Below, in pieces: positions 28,470-42,439 of a stretch of 64,000 nt of DNA. The notes beneath the pieces are model-generated. The model ran no database searches and was not told where the DNA came from. It worked only from the letters and a program-made list of their open reading frames with translations. The number at the start of each line of letters is the position of its first letter. Position 1 is the first letter of the stretch. The position numbers were made by a program, and so were the translations under genes. Origin of the DNA: Octopus vulgaris (lineage: Eukaryota); assembly GCA_951406725.2 (NCBI GenBank), contig OX597818.1, positions 50,840,001 to 50,904,000 on the forward strand, read 5' to 3'.

Positions 28470-29063
28470 CAAATACCAGGTTTGAATAGAACCACATTTT
28501 CCTTGTGAAGCCATATACTTATCAAATTACTCGAGACAAAGTCTTCCAGACCAAATTCTTCCTATGAGTTTCACATTTGAATCCAATTCAAGTGTAAGTC
28601 AATTAGCTACGTCGACTCCAATTTCAAAAATGAACTTCTATTTGGGCAAATAAAAACTAAATACCAGCAAATAATACCTATTTGGCCAGACACAACGCTT
28701 GATATATTCATACAATTTTAAAGCAAGTTTGAGGTACCATATGTATCACATATATAGTAAATGTTTCTCAATGTTTTTAAATGTGTTCGTTTTTGTGAGA
28801 GATCAACTTGTAAAAGTGTGGGTAATGAACATGTGCATAAAAGATTAGAACAATGTAATTTGTGGAAAGGGTGGGAAATGGAGAATATTTATCTCTCTAA
28901 ATCTATTTGACAACAGTTATCTGAATGTAATCTTAAGAAAATTTTAACATGTATGTTGTTACTGTTGGAATAAATTTTGATGTTATTCATACACAAAAAA
29001 AAATGGGAATGATTATTTTCGTCATAGAATATAGATACTTCGAGAGGATGTGAAATAATTTGA

Positions 29064-29234
29064 TTTTAACGGTTGAACTCGAAGTAGATAAAGCTATAAA
29101 TAATAGCATGTAAATATTGAATTAATGAAACCTTTTGAATAAAAAAAATTGAAAACTGCCTCCAAAGAGATTTTAACTCAAAATTTGTACTCTATTATTC
29201 ATAGCTTTATCTACATCAAGTTTAACCGTTAAAA
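29064..29234. repeat. Imperfect inverted repeat, MITE-like
   Basis: TTTTAACGGTTGAACTCGAAGTAGATAAAGCTAT / ATAGCTTTATCTACATCAAGTTTAACCGTTAAAA. Confidence 0.6.
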
Positions 29235-29267
29235 AGGAATAATTCTATTTAATTAAATCACCGAACA

Positions 29268-29498
29268 GGCGGCGAGTTGGCAGAAACGTTAGCACGCCGG
29301 GCGAAATGCGTAGCCGTATTTCGTCTGCCGTTACGTTCTGAGTTCAAATTCCGCCGAGGTCGACTTTGCCATTCATCCTTTCGGGGTCGATAAATTAAGT
29401 ACCAGTTATGCACTGGGGTCGATGTAATCGACTTAATCCGTTTGTCTGTCCTTGTTTGTCTCCTCTGTGTTTAGCTCCTTGTGGGTAGTAAAGAAATA
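29268..29498 (+). mobile_element. SINE family A monomer
   Basis: Full head and one body; TSD-like TTTAATTAAATCACCGA / TTTAATCAAATCACCGA. Confidence 0.85.
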
Positions 29499-29729
29499 TA
29501 TATTTAATCAAATCACCGATACGAGCTTATAGTTATCTCGAAAGAGGTTAAAACTTGGAGTCAGTTAATACTCAGCTTCGTTTAATCATCTTACACGCAT
29601 TAATGATTTCTTTAATTGAAATTATGCATTTGTTTTAATTGTATTCGCCGGCCCATCAATGTTTTGGAGTTTAATATTTACTCAAAACATAATATACCAC
29701 ACAGCAAATGGATGTTGTTTAGATTCTTT

Positions 29730-30107
29730 TACTCTTTTACTTGTCATTTGACTGCGGCCATGCTGGAGCACTGCCTTTAGTCGAGCAAATCGACACCAGG
29801 ACTTATTCTTTGTAAGCCTAGTACTTATTCTATCGGTTTCTTTTGCCGAACCGCTAAGTTACGGGGACGTAAACACACCACCATCGGGGACAAACACAGA
29901 CACACAAACATACACACACACACATACATATATACATATATACGACGGGGCTTCTTTCAGCTTTCGTCAACCAAATCCACTCACAAGGCTTTGGTCGACC
30001 CGAGGCTATAGTAGAAGACACTTGCCCAAGGTGTCATGCAGTGGGACTGAACCCGGAACCATGTGGTTGTTAAGCAAGCTACTTACCACACAGCCACTCC
30101 TAGGCCT
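29730..30107 (-). mobile_element. SINE family B
   Basis: Family consensus match with an internal deletion. Confidence 0.8.
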
Positions 30108-30974
30108 GTTGATACTTTTGTACATATTTGGTACATATTTAGTTCACAGTTCAAATGAGTGTAATAATAAAACACTAGTTGTTGTTTAACCCCAGCTCAA
30201 CCCTGACTGACAAAACTTGTGATCCAAAGCATTCCAGCCGTAAACATCACGTCTGTTTTCCTGTACACAAAAAACCCAAGAGTATATTATTCAATATGTT
30301 TTTTGCTAAGATCGTATTTGTGTGGTTTGATGGAGCTTTGGCTGCTATTTCTAGAAGTTCGAGCGACCAGCTAAAGATTTTCTTGTTGGCTTCCGTAAGA
30401 AGCAGCTCACCAATTCTAAGGCCCTTCAACTGATTATGTCCATTATTCTTTCAAATGTGCTTCATTTCGAAGAAAGAAATATAATTATTTAAATGTCTCG
30501 TCTTTCACTAACTTTTTCCTTCAGGCGTAATTATTACTATTGTTAGCTATAGAATACGTCGTTTACAATTATTTTAATTTTGTTTAAACGTCTTTATTAT
30601 ATATCACGTCGTGAAGTAAACATCAAATTTCTGTTTACCTGCTTCTCTTTTCATAAATAAGTGGTTTCTGTCAATAAGTTATTAACTCTATTGGCATATA
30701 TATACAAAATGGAGGCAGTTATAGTTGTCATATACAAATCTTTTTTTGGCATATACGAAATGGAAGCAGTTATAGTTGTCATATACAAATCTTTTTTCAG
30801 GGGTTTTACAAACGTAAATGAAAGGAAACGATTTCAACCGCTACTCGAACTAGTATTCGACAACAATACACACTTCGAGGAATAGACGGGAAATTAGTGT
30901 AGCCTGAGTTCTCAAGAAACATTATGATATAATAACAAACCACGTCCGAAAGCAGCTAATTTATTTAAAATATT

Positions 30975-31247
30975 CTGTTGTGTCTGGAGAGAGTCATTTT
31001 CTTTTTGTGCCTTATTATTTAACACACTCAACGGTAAAACTTCCAGTTTTTTTCTTATTTTTATTGTCCTAAAATTTTCGTTGCGGTCTTACAACCTTTT
31101 CGATAGTTTTGACTCTATTGAAAAGGTTGCAAGACGCAACGAAAATTATAAGGCACAAAAAGAAAATGACTCTCCCTAGACACAACAGAATATGCTTCAA
31201 CACACGAACTCATATAAAGAATCTTGCAAACCAAATCCAAAAACGAA
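30975..31247. mobile_element. Fold-back Penelope-like fragment with U3-A8 hammerhead motif
   Basis: Same family as 55029-55560; CTA-TTGAAAA-G-GTTGC aagac GCAAC-GAAA-AT-TA at 31115-31148. Confidence 0.65.
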
Positions 31248-31324
31248 ATGTTATTTAAAATATGAAATGTAGAAAACAATTCCTAATTCTTTCAGCTTTT
31301 CTGCTAAAATTTATTGCTATTCTT

Positions 31325-31841
<517 letters not shown>

Positions 31842-34042
31842 ATGCTGCTTATCTTTTATATTTTACTTGTTTCAGTCATTGATTGTGGCCATGCCGAGGC
31901 ACTTCCCTGAAGTGTTTAGATAAATAAATCGACCCCCAGTATTTTTAAGTCTGGTACATATTCTATCGATAATTTTTGCCGAACCGCTACGTTATGGGCA
32001 CATGAACAAATCAACACTGGTTGTTAAGCGATGGTGGCGACAAGTAAAAACTCAAAGACACACACGCATGAATGGTAAATTTTTACCATCACATCCGTCT
32101 CACTTTGCAGACGAAATGTATGTTTATCCTATGCTGGTACATAATATTAAAAATCTAATTTATTCTTTGATACCAACTATCAGGCTTATTTGGGTGCTAA
32201 AATATTGATTCAGTTTTTGTTTATTTTTCTTCGTTTTCTTCGTGTATACATTTTGCAAATTATGTTCTGTTTCACTGAATTATTGCTTAATAAATTGAAA
32301 TGTCCTCATTAATAACACATATAGTAATTTAGATATAGTTGTGATCAAAGAATAAGGTAATTTTTTTTTTAACTATTGCACCATCTTCAAAGTGAGACAG
32401 GTGTAATTTACCTTTAAAATATACATTAAATACCCGCTTATTACTTTTAAATAAGCGAAGGATGCTAATAACACAAAAAGTTATGCGTGTTATATAAAAC
32501 CCAGATGTGAGGTGTGGTTGTTTAGGCCGGGGTTAGCCCTAATGAAGTAGTTCTATTATCAGAAATATTCCAGATGTGACCAACTGATCTTTTTTTCTGT
32601 ATTTGAAAAGAACTACGTTTTCCAATGTATTGGTTTAACTGCAACATATGATCTTAAGAGAGTGTATCGGCTATGTCTAGCGATTCGAACACTTAGGTAC
32701 TGCCTGGTGGACACGCTACAGATATACGTGGATTCTTTCAGATGTGACAAGTCGTCGAATTTCTACACATGTGAGTTCCAGTTAATCCTTATACATATGC
32801 GGATTTGCTGTACTTGTACATCTGCGAGCGCTCGTACAATTCGTATAGACGTAAGTACACGTTGGCTTTGTACGGATTTGAATAATCGAGTCGAAGTGAA
32901 ATCAAAGCAAACAGAAATACAAGAGGCTTCTTATGTGCAAATATTCAAAACGATTTCAAACATCGAAACGGTCTGCTATACAGCTACCTAGTACTTATTC
33001 GATCGCACTCTTTGCCGAACCGCTAAGTTACGGTTGACATACGATTATCGGGAGACAAATACAGACACAATAACACACTCCAAAGCTATAGTGGAAGACA
33101 CTTGCCCAAGGTGCCACGCAGTGGGACTGAACCCGGAGCCATGTGATTGGGAAGCAAGCTTCTTACGACACAGCCACGCCTACGACAAGCTTCCACACAG
33201 TTTCCGTCTACGATATTTACTCACAAAGCCTTGGTCATCCCGGAGCTATTGAAGAAGACGCTTGCCCAAGTTTCTGTGCAATGGGGATGAACCCGAAACC
33301 AGGCGCTAGCAAAGCGTGTTTCCTATATACACAATCATGGCTGAGGCATATTAACAATAATTTAAATTTTACTTTTTCCATGCAGATTGTGTCTAAGAGA
33401 AATTCATTCACAGAACGTTTCTATTACCCGAAACTAAGTCTACATTCCAGTAGTCACTCTGTCGTCACTACTTCAATAGATACGGTGGAATCCATGATTC
33501 CTTGATGAGGTGGCGGTCTGATAAAATCGAAACATATCCGGTGTTATTTCCCTTTCTTGCCGAAAGACTTAAAATGATATTATTCTCTGGCTAATAATGT
33601 TTACATTATTCATCGTCAGCAGGCTACTTCATGTTGCTTTTCAGGAAGAATTTTATTGACTGTAATGTATTGATTAAAAGTCTATTGTTTTTGTTATTTA
33701 TTTTAGTTGCTGCTTTCTTTGTTAAATTACAGATGAAAATACTCTGCATATGTTTTATATAATGTATTTCTCTTTTTATTACTTTCTGATAACATTTAGT
33801 AAGGACAGAAGACATACCAGAGACTATATGTGTTTGTGTGTGTGTGTGTGCATGTATACGTATATGCATCTACACACACACACACACACACATACACATA
33901 TACATACATATGTGTGCGAGCGTCGAGCGTGCGTGCGTGCGTGCATGCGTAATGGTTTCTCTATTGATCACAAAGATCCGCTATATACAAGGTAATGCAC
34001 TTCATACAAAGTTGACTACAAAGCATATTTATATATAGACAG

Positions 34043-34206
34043 CAGGCGTGGGAGTGGCTGTGTGGTAAGTAGCTTGCTTACCAACCACATGGTTCCGGGT
34101 TCAGTCTCACTGCGTGGCATCTTGGGCAAGTGCCTTCTATAGCCTCGGGCCGACAAAAGCCCTGTGAGTGGATTTGGTAGACGGAAACTGAAAGAAGCCC
34201 GTCGTA

Positions 34207-34258
<52 letters not shown>

Positions 34259-34498
34259 TGTGTGTACATGAATGTTTGTGTGTCTGTGTTTGTCCTCCCA
34301 ACATCGCTTGACAACCGATGCTGGTGTGTTTACGTCCCCGTAACTTAGCGGTTCGGAAAAAGAGACCGATAGAATAATTACTAGGCTTACAAAGAATTAG
34401 TCCTGGGGTTGATTTGCTCGACTAAAGGAAGGCGGTGCTCCAGCATGGCCACAGTCAAATGACTGGAACAAGTAAAAGCGTAAAAGAGTAAAAAGAGC
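34043..34498 (+). mobile_element. SINE family B, full length
   Basis: Family consensus match. Confidence 0.85.
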
Positions 34499-34796
34499 AA
34501 CATAAGCGCAAGCAGTGATTAGGGTATTAATGAACTTTAGGATAATTAAAACGTATTTGACATATTTTAACTTCTTAAGGCAAATTCGCTGCAACCACTA
34601 TGGAGAAAAAATTTTCTCTTATGGTAAAAGGTGTAAAAACACCCTAACTAACCCCAAAATTCCTTTACTCTTAATCACAACATGGCGCCGATGCTGCTAA
34701 ATTTATCCCCACCAGGCGGTCCAGTAGTGCAACACGGTTACTTATGTTGACAGCTTTTAGTTAAAGTTACAGCTATGAATCTGCTTCACTGCACTT

Positions 34797-34868
<72 letters not shown>

Positions 34869-34874
<6 letters not shown>

Positions 34875-35213
34875 TTCTATATATCTATATATCACTTTAA
34901 TGTTAGTTAGAAAATGTTTGTTATATATTTTAACGTCTAAAGTGAGATTGACTGCAGTTAACAGTGAAAAAAAAAAGAACTTGTCTCTTATGGCGAAAGG
35001 TGTAAACACACCATATCTGCCATCGCTTTTTTCTAGTGGATTCCCAGATGCACGTTTCTGGCTTTTTAACCTTCCTCAATACGTATTCATATAGTATCTG
35101 ATCTGTTTAAAATAAATAAATAGAAATGATATAATGTCTAACAACAGATGAAGCAGTTACTCGACAACTTTAATTAAATATAAGGGACTCTGGACTCCCT
35201 CCATTTCTTCTTG

Positions 35214-35247
<34 letters not shown>

Positions 35248-35304
35248 ATAGTAAATAGGGTAATAAAAATAAATTATTATTACCAGTGACCTAGCACAAA
35301 AGAC

Positions 35305-35343
<39 letters not shown>

Positions 35344-35869
35344 AATTAGTAAATAAATGGCACAACTAAGTACCGATATTTACTGGAAATAGCGAACGTA
35401 AAAATACGACGCTAATGTGTAGCTTCACCGCGTATGTATATGCAACAAAATAGAGAAAAAAAACCGTCTTACCTCCAGGGAGAACATCTGAAAGATGAAA
35501 CACCCGGAAAATGTGTTAACATCGTAGATTTCGTCTTGGTATATGTTTGGCTGAAGAAGGTAAAGCAAAATATGGGTGAGAGACATATCTTGCAAAACCT
35601 GAAACCTGCAGGTACCACATTATCCATTTTCCGGGTGTTTCATCTTTCAGATGTTCTCCCTGGAGGTAAGACGGGTTTTTTTCTCTATTTTGTTGCACAC
35701 ACGCATTTTTACTAATACATACGCGGTGAAGCTACACATTAGCGTCGTATTTTTACGTTCGCTATTTCCAGTAAATATCGGTACTTAGTTGTGCCATTTA
35801 TTTACTAATTTGTGTATTTTTTCCTCACGGGCTACTTTTTACTGGAAGGCAATGCTTTGTATTGCATTA

Positions 35870-35903
<34 letters not shown>

Positions 35904-36653
35904 GGTCCCGGGTTGATTCGGGGTTAACCACAGTAAGTAAGGTACTCAATACATAGCAGAGTAAAATTAATTTATTATATAGAAGGAGCTTCTACAGGAC
36001 TAGTACTGTTTCATTCAAGAGAAATCTTGAAGCTCCTTCTATATAATATATATATATATATATATATAAACTGCAGTACAGGATTAGCTGAGATGGTAAA
36101 CGTTTTTGATTTTCATTCCATTTCATGAATTCATCCCCTTTTTGTGTATCTAGCACTCGCTTCTTTATTTGGAAGCCTTTTAATGTATTTATATATGAAT
36201 AACGTATAGTCTAATGACTAATTCGTCTTTTGTGCTAGGTCACTGGTAATAATAATTTATTTTTATTACCCTATTTACTATGTTTCATATTTATATATAT
36301 ATATGACAAGAAGAAATGGAGGGAGTCCAGAGTCCCTTATATTTAATTAAAGTTGTCGAGTAACTGCTTCATCTGTTGTTAGACATTATATTATTTCTAT
36401 TTATTTATTTTAAACAGATCAGATACTATATGAATACGTATTGAGGAAGGTTAAAAAGCCAGAAACGTGCATCTGGGAATCCACTAGAGGAAAGCGATGG
36501 CGGAAATGGTGTTTTTACACTTTTCGCCATAAGAGACAGGTTCTTTTTTTTTTTTCACTGTTAACTGCAGTCAATCTCATTTTAGACGTTAAAATATATA
36601 ACAAACATTTTCTAACTAACATTAAAGTGATATATAGATATATAGAAAACATA
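34869..36653. repeat. Large nested inverted repeat: outer arms 34869-35307 and 36221-36653; inner IRs 35341-35813 and 35973-36048
   Basis: Arms are reverse complements with only scattered substitutions. Confidence 0.9.
35548..35617 (+). ncRNA. Type-I hammerhead ribozyme motif, canonical core, extended stem II
   Basis: TGG-CTGAAGA-AGGT..GCAA.ATATG loop CATAT.TTGC..ACCT-GAAA-CCTGCAGG-TA-CCA. Confidence 0.75.
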
Positions 36654-38109
36654 GGAGGTGGTTAAACCAATACAACGTTGAAAATACGTTAAAAACTTAA
36701 AACAATAGAAAGCAAAATGATAACTCTAGTTTATGAATGGCTGTTATTCTTGGCTTCATCATTAAAACATACTCAGAAAGTGTGATTTCAGACAGGTTAC
36801 AATAATTCTGTTTCTCAATATACGTGCTATTTATCACAGTAGATTCAATTATTATTTATAATTGGAAAGCGAAAGACAGGAAGACAGTTTGTGTAAATTG
36901 TATATCTGTGGACTGTATTGTTATTGTTGATATATATATATAAGTATATATATATGAGCTGTCAGATTTGTAAAGTTTCATTAATATTAAATATTCAATA
37001 TTATTCAATCTTATTAAATTATTAAAAGAGAAATTTAACTTCAGACGTAGCATTTCTCTAACTGAACAGGAAAACATTAGTAAAACTTGTCAAATTGTCA
37101 TTATTCATCAAGCAATAGATATACAAATGAAGCTATTTTTTATATATATAATTTATTCAAAGGAGGAAGGAGAGTGTTTTTGATCTCTGTTGGTCCTCCC
37201 AGAAAGCCATGATTGACTGAAATTGACGCAGCTGATACCCAACCTTGTGTGACTGATGCGAATGATAACCAGCTTAAAGTTAACTGGAGAGTGATCCGGT
37301 GGGGCCTAGTTCGGAAAGCTTGCAACAGATTGAGCTTCACTGAAGGTAGTCAACAACCAGGTCGTATCAAAACGAGCCTCATATTAAACCAAACACACTC
37401 AGGCGCAGAGTTGGTTTCGAAACTATGTAGTTTCGGACCAATCACGTTGCGTAACCGGTGTCTTTTACTTAACATCGAATTGACAAATGTCTCGAGAGTG
37501 GAATTTACTAGAACGAAAACTGTAATTAAGACCATCCAAAACACTGTTTAAATTAATGAGCGAGAGATTTGATCTCTCCACCCCGTACAGCACAACTACC
37601 TGGTTCATTGGTGCCTTTAGTGTTATCAACTCTGCTTCAAACATTTGGAGATAAGTTTCTGATCTGTGAACAAAGTTTTCTTCTTAATAGACTCGGGGAT
37701 TCATAAAAGACTCTTTCATGCTGTTCTTCCGCCTCTGATTAGGTCATTAATAATTAAAATCTGATGTCAAAGCCTACGCATGTTTGAAGGGATATAATGA
37801 GGACTTTCCGACTGCAATATTATAGAATATTGGCGGTAACAAACCAGGCTCCTACATAATGTTTGATGTGCAGATCGGCTAAAATTCAGTAAAGGTTACT
37901 CGTTCTGAAAATGCATAAACATATGTCGGCGAATGTTTTCCACAAAATCGGTGTATTGAATAAATGTGGCAGCGCTTATTCCGTACGAGTAACATTTCTT
38001 TAGTTCAAGGTTGACTTAGCCTTTAGATAGATAAAGATCAATAAAATGAAACTCTAGATCATCCTGGTGAAGAACTTTTATGAATGGCAAGACCTTTCAT
38101 ACTGCGAGA

Positions 38110-38495
38110 AGTGGAGGCGCAATGGCCCATTGGTTAGGGCAGCGGACTCGCGGTCATAGGATCGCGGTTTCGATTCCCAGACCGGGCGTTGTGAGTGTTT
38201 ATTGAGTGAAAACACCTAAAAGCTCCACGAGGCTCCGGCAGGGGATGGTGGTGATCCCTGCTGTACTCTTTCACCACAAACTTTCTCTCACTCTTACTTC
38301 CTGTTTCTGTTGTACCTGTATTTCAAAGGGCCGGCCTTGTCACTCTCTGTGTCACGTTGAATATCCCCGAGAACTACGTTAAGGGTACACGTGTCTGTGG
38401 AGTGCTCAGCCACTTGCACGTTAATTTCACGAGCAGGCTGTTCCGTTGATTCGGATCAACCGGAACCCTCATCGTCGTAACCGAAGGAGTGCTTC
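38110..38495 (+). mobile_element. SINE family C with module-1 tail, young copy
   Basis: 12-bp TSD CATACTGCGAGA (38098-38109, 38496-38507). Confidence 0.9.
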
Positions 38496-40123
38496 CATAC
38501 TGCGAGATATCACTTCTACGTTTGGCACAAAATTGCGATTGACGTCCTTGTATTTTTTTAAAATTCCGATAACGAAGTTCAACGAAGTTTAACGAAGTTT
38601 AACGAAGTTTTTCCATGCTTGGGTGCATAAGCAAGCGAAAAGAACTCAATACATGCAAAATGTTCATTTATTCGTTTGAAGTTGATTTATTTCTTCACTA
38701 TTTAAAGTTTCTCGCTTCTGTGAGTTCATTCAAGCGATAACATGAAATACTTCTACGGTTGAGCGAACGCGCACACAAACTAATGAATAAACTCTGACAC
38801 ATATGCCGAGTACATTTCCTGTTTTTAATACTCAAACATGTATATGCACAAGCTTATACACAAGCTTATAAAAGATTTATGATTCAAATGAAAACTTTAA
38901 AGCTGCCCCTACAGTCTATCGCATGACATTACAACTATTTCATGTTGAGTCTAATACCTAGTAACAGTATATCATTAAATATTCAAGCAGCTAGATATTG
39001 TTACCCTTTGACAAGTTGAAAAATAATTTCATCTGACATATTACTATTTAGTAGTCGTTTTTAAAGTGCACAGTTGAGAGGAACTTAACGTATATTCACA
39101 TAAATAATCTCGAACATATTCATAGAAAACACGAAAATCTTCATATTGATTTGTCACGAAATGTAAATTATTAAATTTCGATACCATTTGTTTTGTTTTC
39201 CGTTCTTTATTCTGCCTGTCGGTGTAATTTCAAAATATTTTATTTAACCCTATATAACATTTTTAGTTGTATTTTATAACTCACGATTATCGTGTTCTGT
39301 GTACAGCATCACCAAATCTTTTGATCACGTCTCACATTAACTTCTTTTATAATCTTTCTCTCCTCCTGCCTTTCATAAGATTTCTTACTCTGGATTTGCA
39401 ATGACGTCAGTGCATATGATAGTACTCAATAACAGTTCAAAGATATCAGCAAAACAGAAGAGAGTTTAAAAGAGAATATTTTACGCAGTAGTGATTAAAA
39501 TAAATTGGTGTTTAGACAAAATGCGTTTATTGATTATCTGATAAGACGAAAGCTTTCTAATTGCATGAAGGTTGAAATCCAATTAATCTTTTCAGGTAAT
39601 CCTAAATAGATTATGCCAAAGTGATTTAAATTTTACACAATCAGACTCGTGTAAGCACAAATACTCAGAGGTGTGAACGTGAGGATGCACGATATGTTGC
39701 TCTTCTTGAGTGGATTTTTAGTATTAACGGCCCTTTGCCACAGCTTTGAAGATAAAGAAAAGGAAACGTAGCGAAAGACTAATTTAAATGTTTCATCTTT
39801 TTCACCATCATTAACCCTTTCACTTTTCGGAAAATTCATGTAAATTGCTTATTGTTTCTGATACAGAGATCATATGTAACGGAAACCTTATGGAACGAAG
39901 CTCTTTCCGCAAAATTTAAGTGCAACGATACTTTGATCAAACAGATTGAACATAACCCAAGGAGGCTAGCGGGGGTGTGCATCGCACATAGTGACAGAAA
40001 AGGTACAGAAAATTGCCGTGAGGAATGGAGTGTCCAGCGTTTCAGACACAAATACAGAGAACGTAGAACTGTGTTCTCTGTTTTTTATTCCCCGTCTATC
40101 GGTTTTGGACTATCTTATAAAAC

Positions 40124-40247
40124 TCTCTGATGAAGCCTAGAAGCATACCCAAGTACCCTAATTGTATCTACAGATTACTACAATACACTGAAAAGATGGA
40201 AATAATACATGGGGTATTGTGACCTCTTGGCTGAAACAGCTGTAAGA
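40124..40247 (+). ncRNA. Type-I hammerhead motif, canonical core, about 90 nt inserted in stem II
   Basis: TCT-CTGATGA-AGCC...GGCT-GAAA-CAGCTG-TA-AGA; stem II extends via ATACCC/GGGTAT; downstream sequence (40290-40400) is related to 35080-35215. Confidence 0.65.
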
Positions 40248-40584
40248 AACTGCTCTTCTTTCTCTATTCTAGAAATTACTAATACTTTACACATGTATTT
40301 ATATAGTATCTGAACTGTTTAAAATAAATAAACAGACATAATATAATGTCTAACAGCTGATGAATACAACCTCTGGATCCCCTCCATTTTCTTCTTGCCA
40401 TGTAAATTAAGGGTAAAACCACTCATTACCCTCGCCTAATTATTATACTCAGTAGGGTGACTGCCACGCAATAACCAGCACTTGTGTATTAATAATTGGG
40501 TATTCTACCACCAGTATATTGGATGAATACTATCCCTTAGTTGGTTGGATCCAAAACCTCTAACTTACTTTCTCTCTCTCTCTC

Positions 40585-40618
<34 letters not shown>

Positions 40619-40692
40619 CAAATATATATGTGTATGTATACATACGTATGAATGTATATGTAAATAAATATATATATATATATACTTATATC

Positions 40693-40753
<61 letters not shown>

Positions 40754-42254
40754 ATGGGTGTCTGTGTTTGTGTGTGTGTATGAATATGTACTTAAAAATG
40801 TATGTATATCTAACTATATGCTTTATCAAACGGAGTTTTTATGAAACACACTTTGAGAAAACAGTATAGGTTTCTATATCCTGCAACCTAACTGTATGCT
40901 ACCGCGGAGATCGTTAAAATAAATACCCGATTTTAATATAAATAAGTATTATGTCTGTTGCAACTGGCTAAAACCCATTAAAGCGGCGTTCCAGCGCGGT
41001 GACTGAAGTAAACAAACATGTAAAAGAGCATACATGTGAATGTTTGTATGTGGCTGTGCATACATGTGGGTGCGTGCGTATGGTTTCCGTCTATCAAATT
41101 TCCGTCACCTGAACCTAAGCCAGAAGTCTTCTTACAGCAGATTGGCCCTGTGGAATCGAGCATGGAACGCAGAATAAAACAGTTGCAATACAAACTTTTT
41201 AAAAACATTAAATTCCTATGAAAAAATTTTTCGCGATTCTTTAACCCTTCGTATTTCATGCTTACGTCAGTGATAACATAGATATAAAAACGTTGAATAA
41301 TTCATATCTCCATTCAATAGCATTTCAACGATGAGATATAAATATTAATGAAGAAGGTGGTCATCAAAATGCATTTCACTGATAGTTTAGCACTGAACTA
41401 AAATGAATATTCAATTCAGGTTTTATCTCAATAAATATGAACATCATTTAAAATAAACTGAACGTATTTTCGCTAACGTTAATTAGTTAAATGGAGTCTT
41501 TATTTCTTTGATAACTGTATTATTTCTTTTCGTTTAGAAAGTAAAGCAATATCGGTGATATATTTATAAATTTATGTATATTTCAATAAAAGGTTATCTG
41601 AAGATGTGGATTTGGGTATTTTTAATAGTAATGCACTTGTGATAATAAAGTATTTTATTGATAATGAGAATGGCATAATATAATCTATTTCGACATTATA
41701 ATCGATGTACATTTTACTATAAAGCTTGCTTATGAAAATATTATAGCAGTATATTTTAACGTCTAGTAAGATTATACAGGAGCGTATCTTACTCACCATA
41801 AAATACATTTTAATGATCATCAGGTACACACTTGAATGGAAAATAATATGGTATATATATATATATATATCTGTTAAAATGAGATGTCAGTATTATTTTC
41901 ATTTTTGCGTAATTTAGACAATATATTCACCGCAGCCTGTATGTGAATGTATATATATATATATAGAAACCGATTCGGGATATAGTAACCGATACAGTGT
42001 GAGACCCACCCCTCCGTCCGGCATTCGCCATGATAGATCGCTAGCCACTATACCTTCTTTCTATTTTCTCACCTTGTCTATTTCTGTGTCGAAGAGCGTA
42101 GGCTCAAAACGTAGAAGACTTTCTGGGTTGTTTTAATTGCTTTTAGAATAACTGAGAAAATTTTCTAAGGTTAGCACTAATCCCAGATATTTTCATGTTT
42201 CATTAGAGTTATCATATGAAGAAAAATGGAAAGGTCAGCTACTAGTTGTTGTTG

Positions 42255-42307
42255 ATCGCTTTTATAACTGAATTATATTTATATACAAACATATATACAT
42301 ATAATAC

Positions 42308-42373
<66 letters not shown>

Positions 42374-42428
42374 GTATTATATATGTATATATGTTTGTAT
42401 ATAAATATAATTCAGTTATAAAAGCGAT
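42255..42428. repeat. Palindrome centred on (TA)n
   Basis: ATCGCTTTTATAACTGAATTATATTT... / ...AAATATAATTCAGTTATAAAAGCGAT. Confidence 0.85.
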
Positions 42429-42439
42429 ATATATACATA

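Noticed and set aside
30691-30798. Short tandem duplication, and 10-bp tandem repeats at 38571-38610 and 53127-53175
   Set aside because: Ordinary local slippage duplications with no further structure
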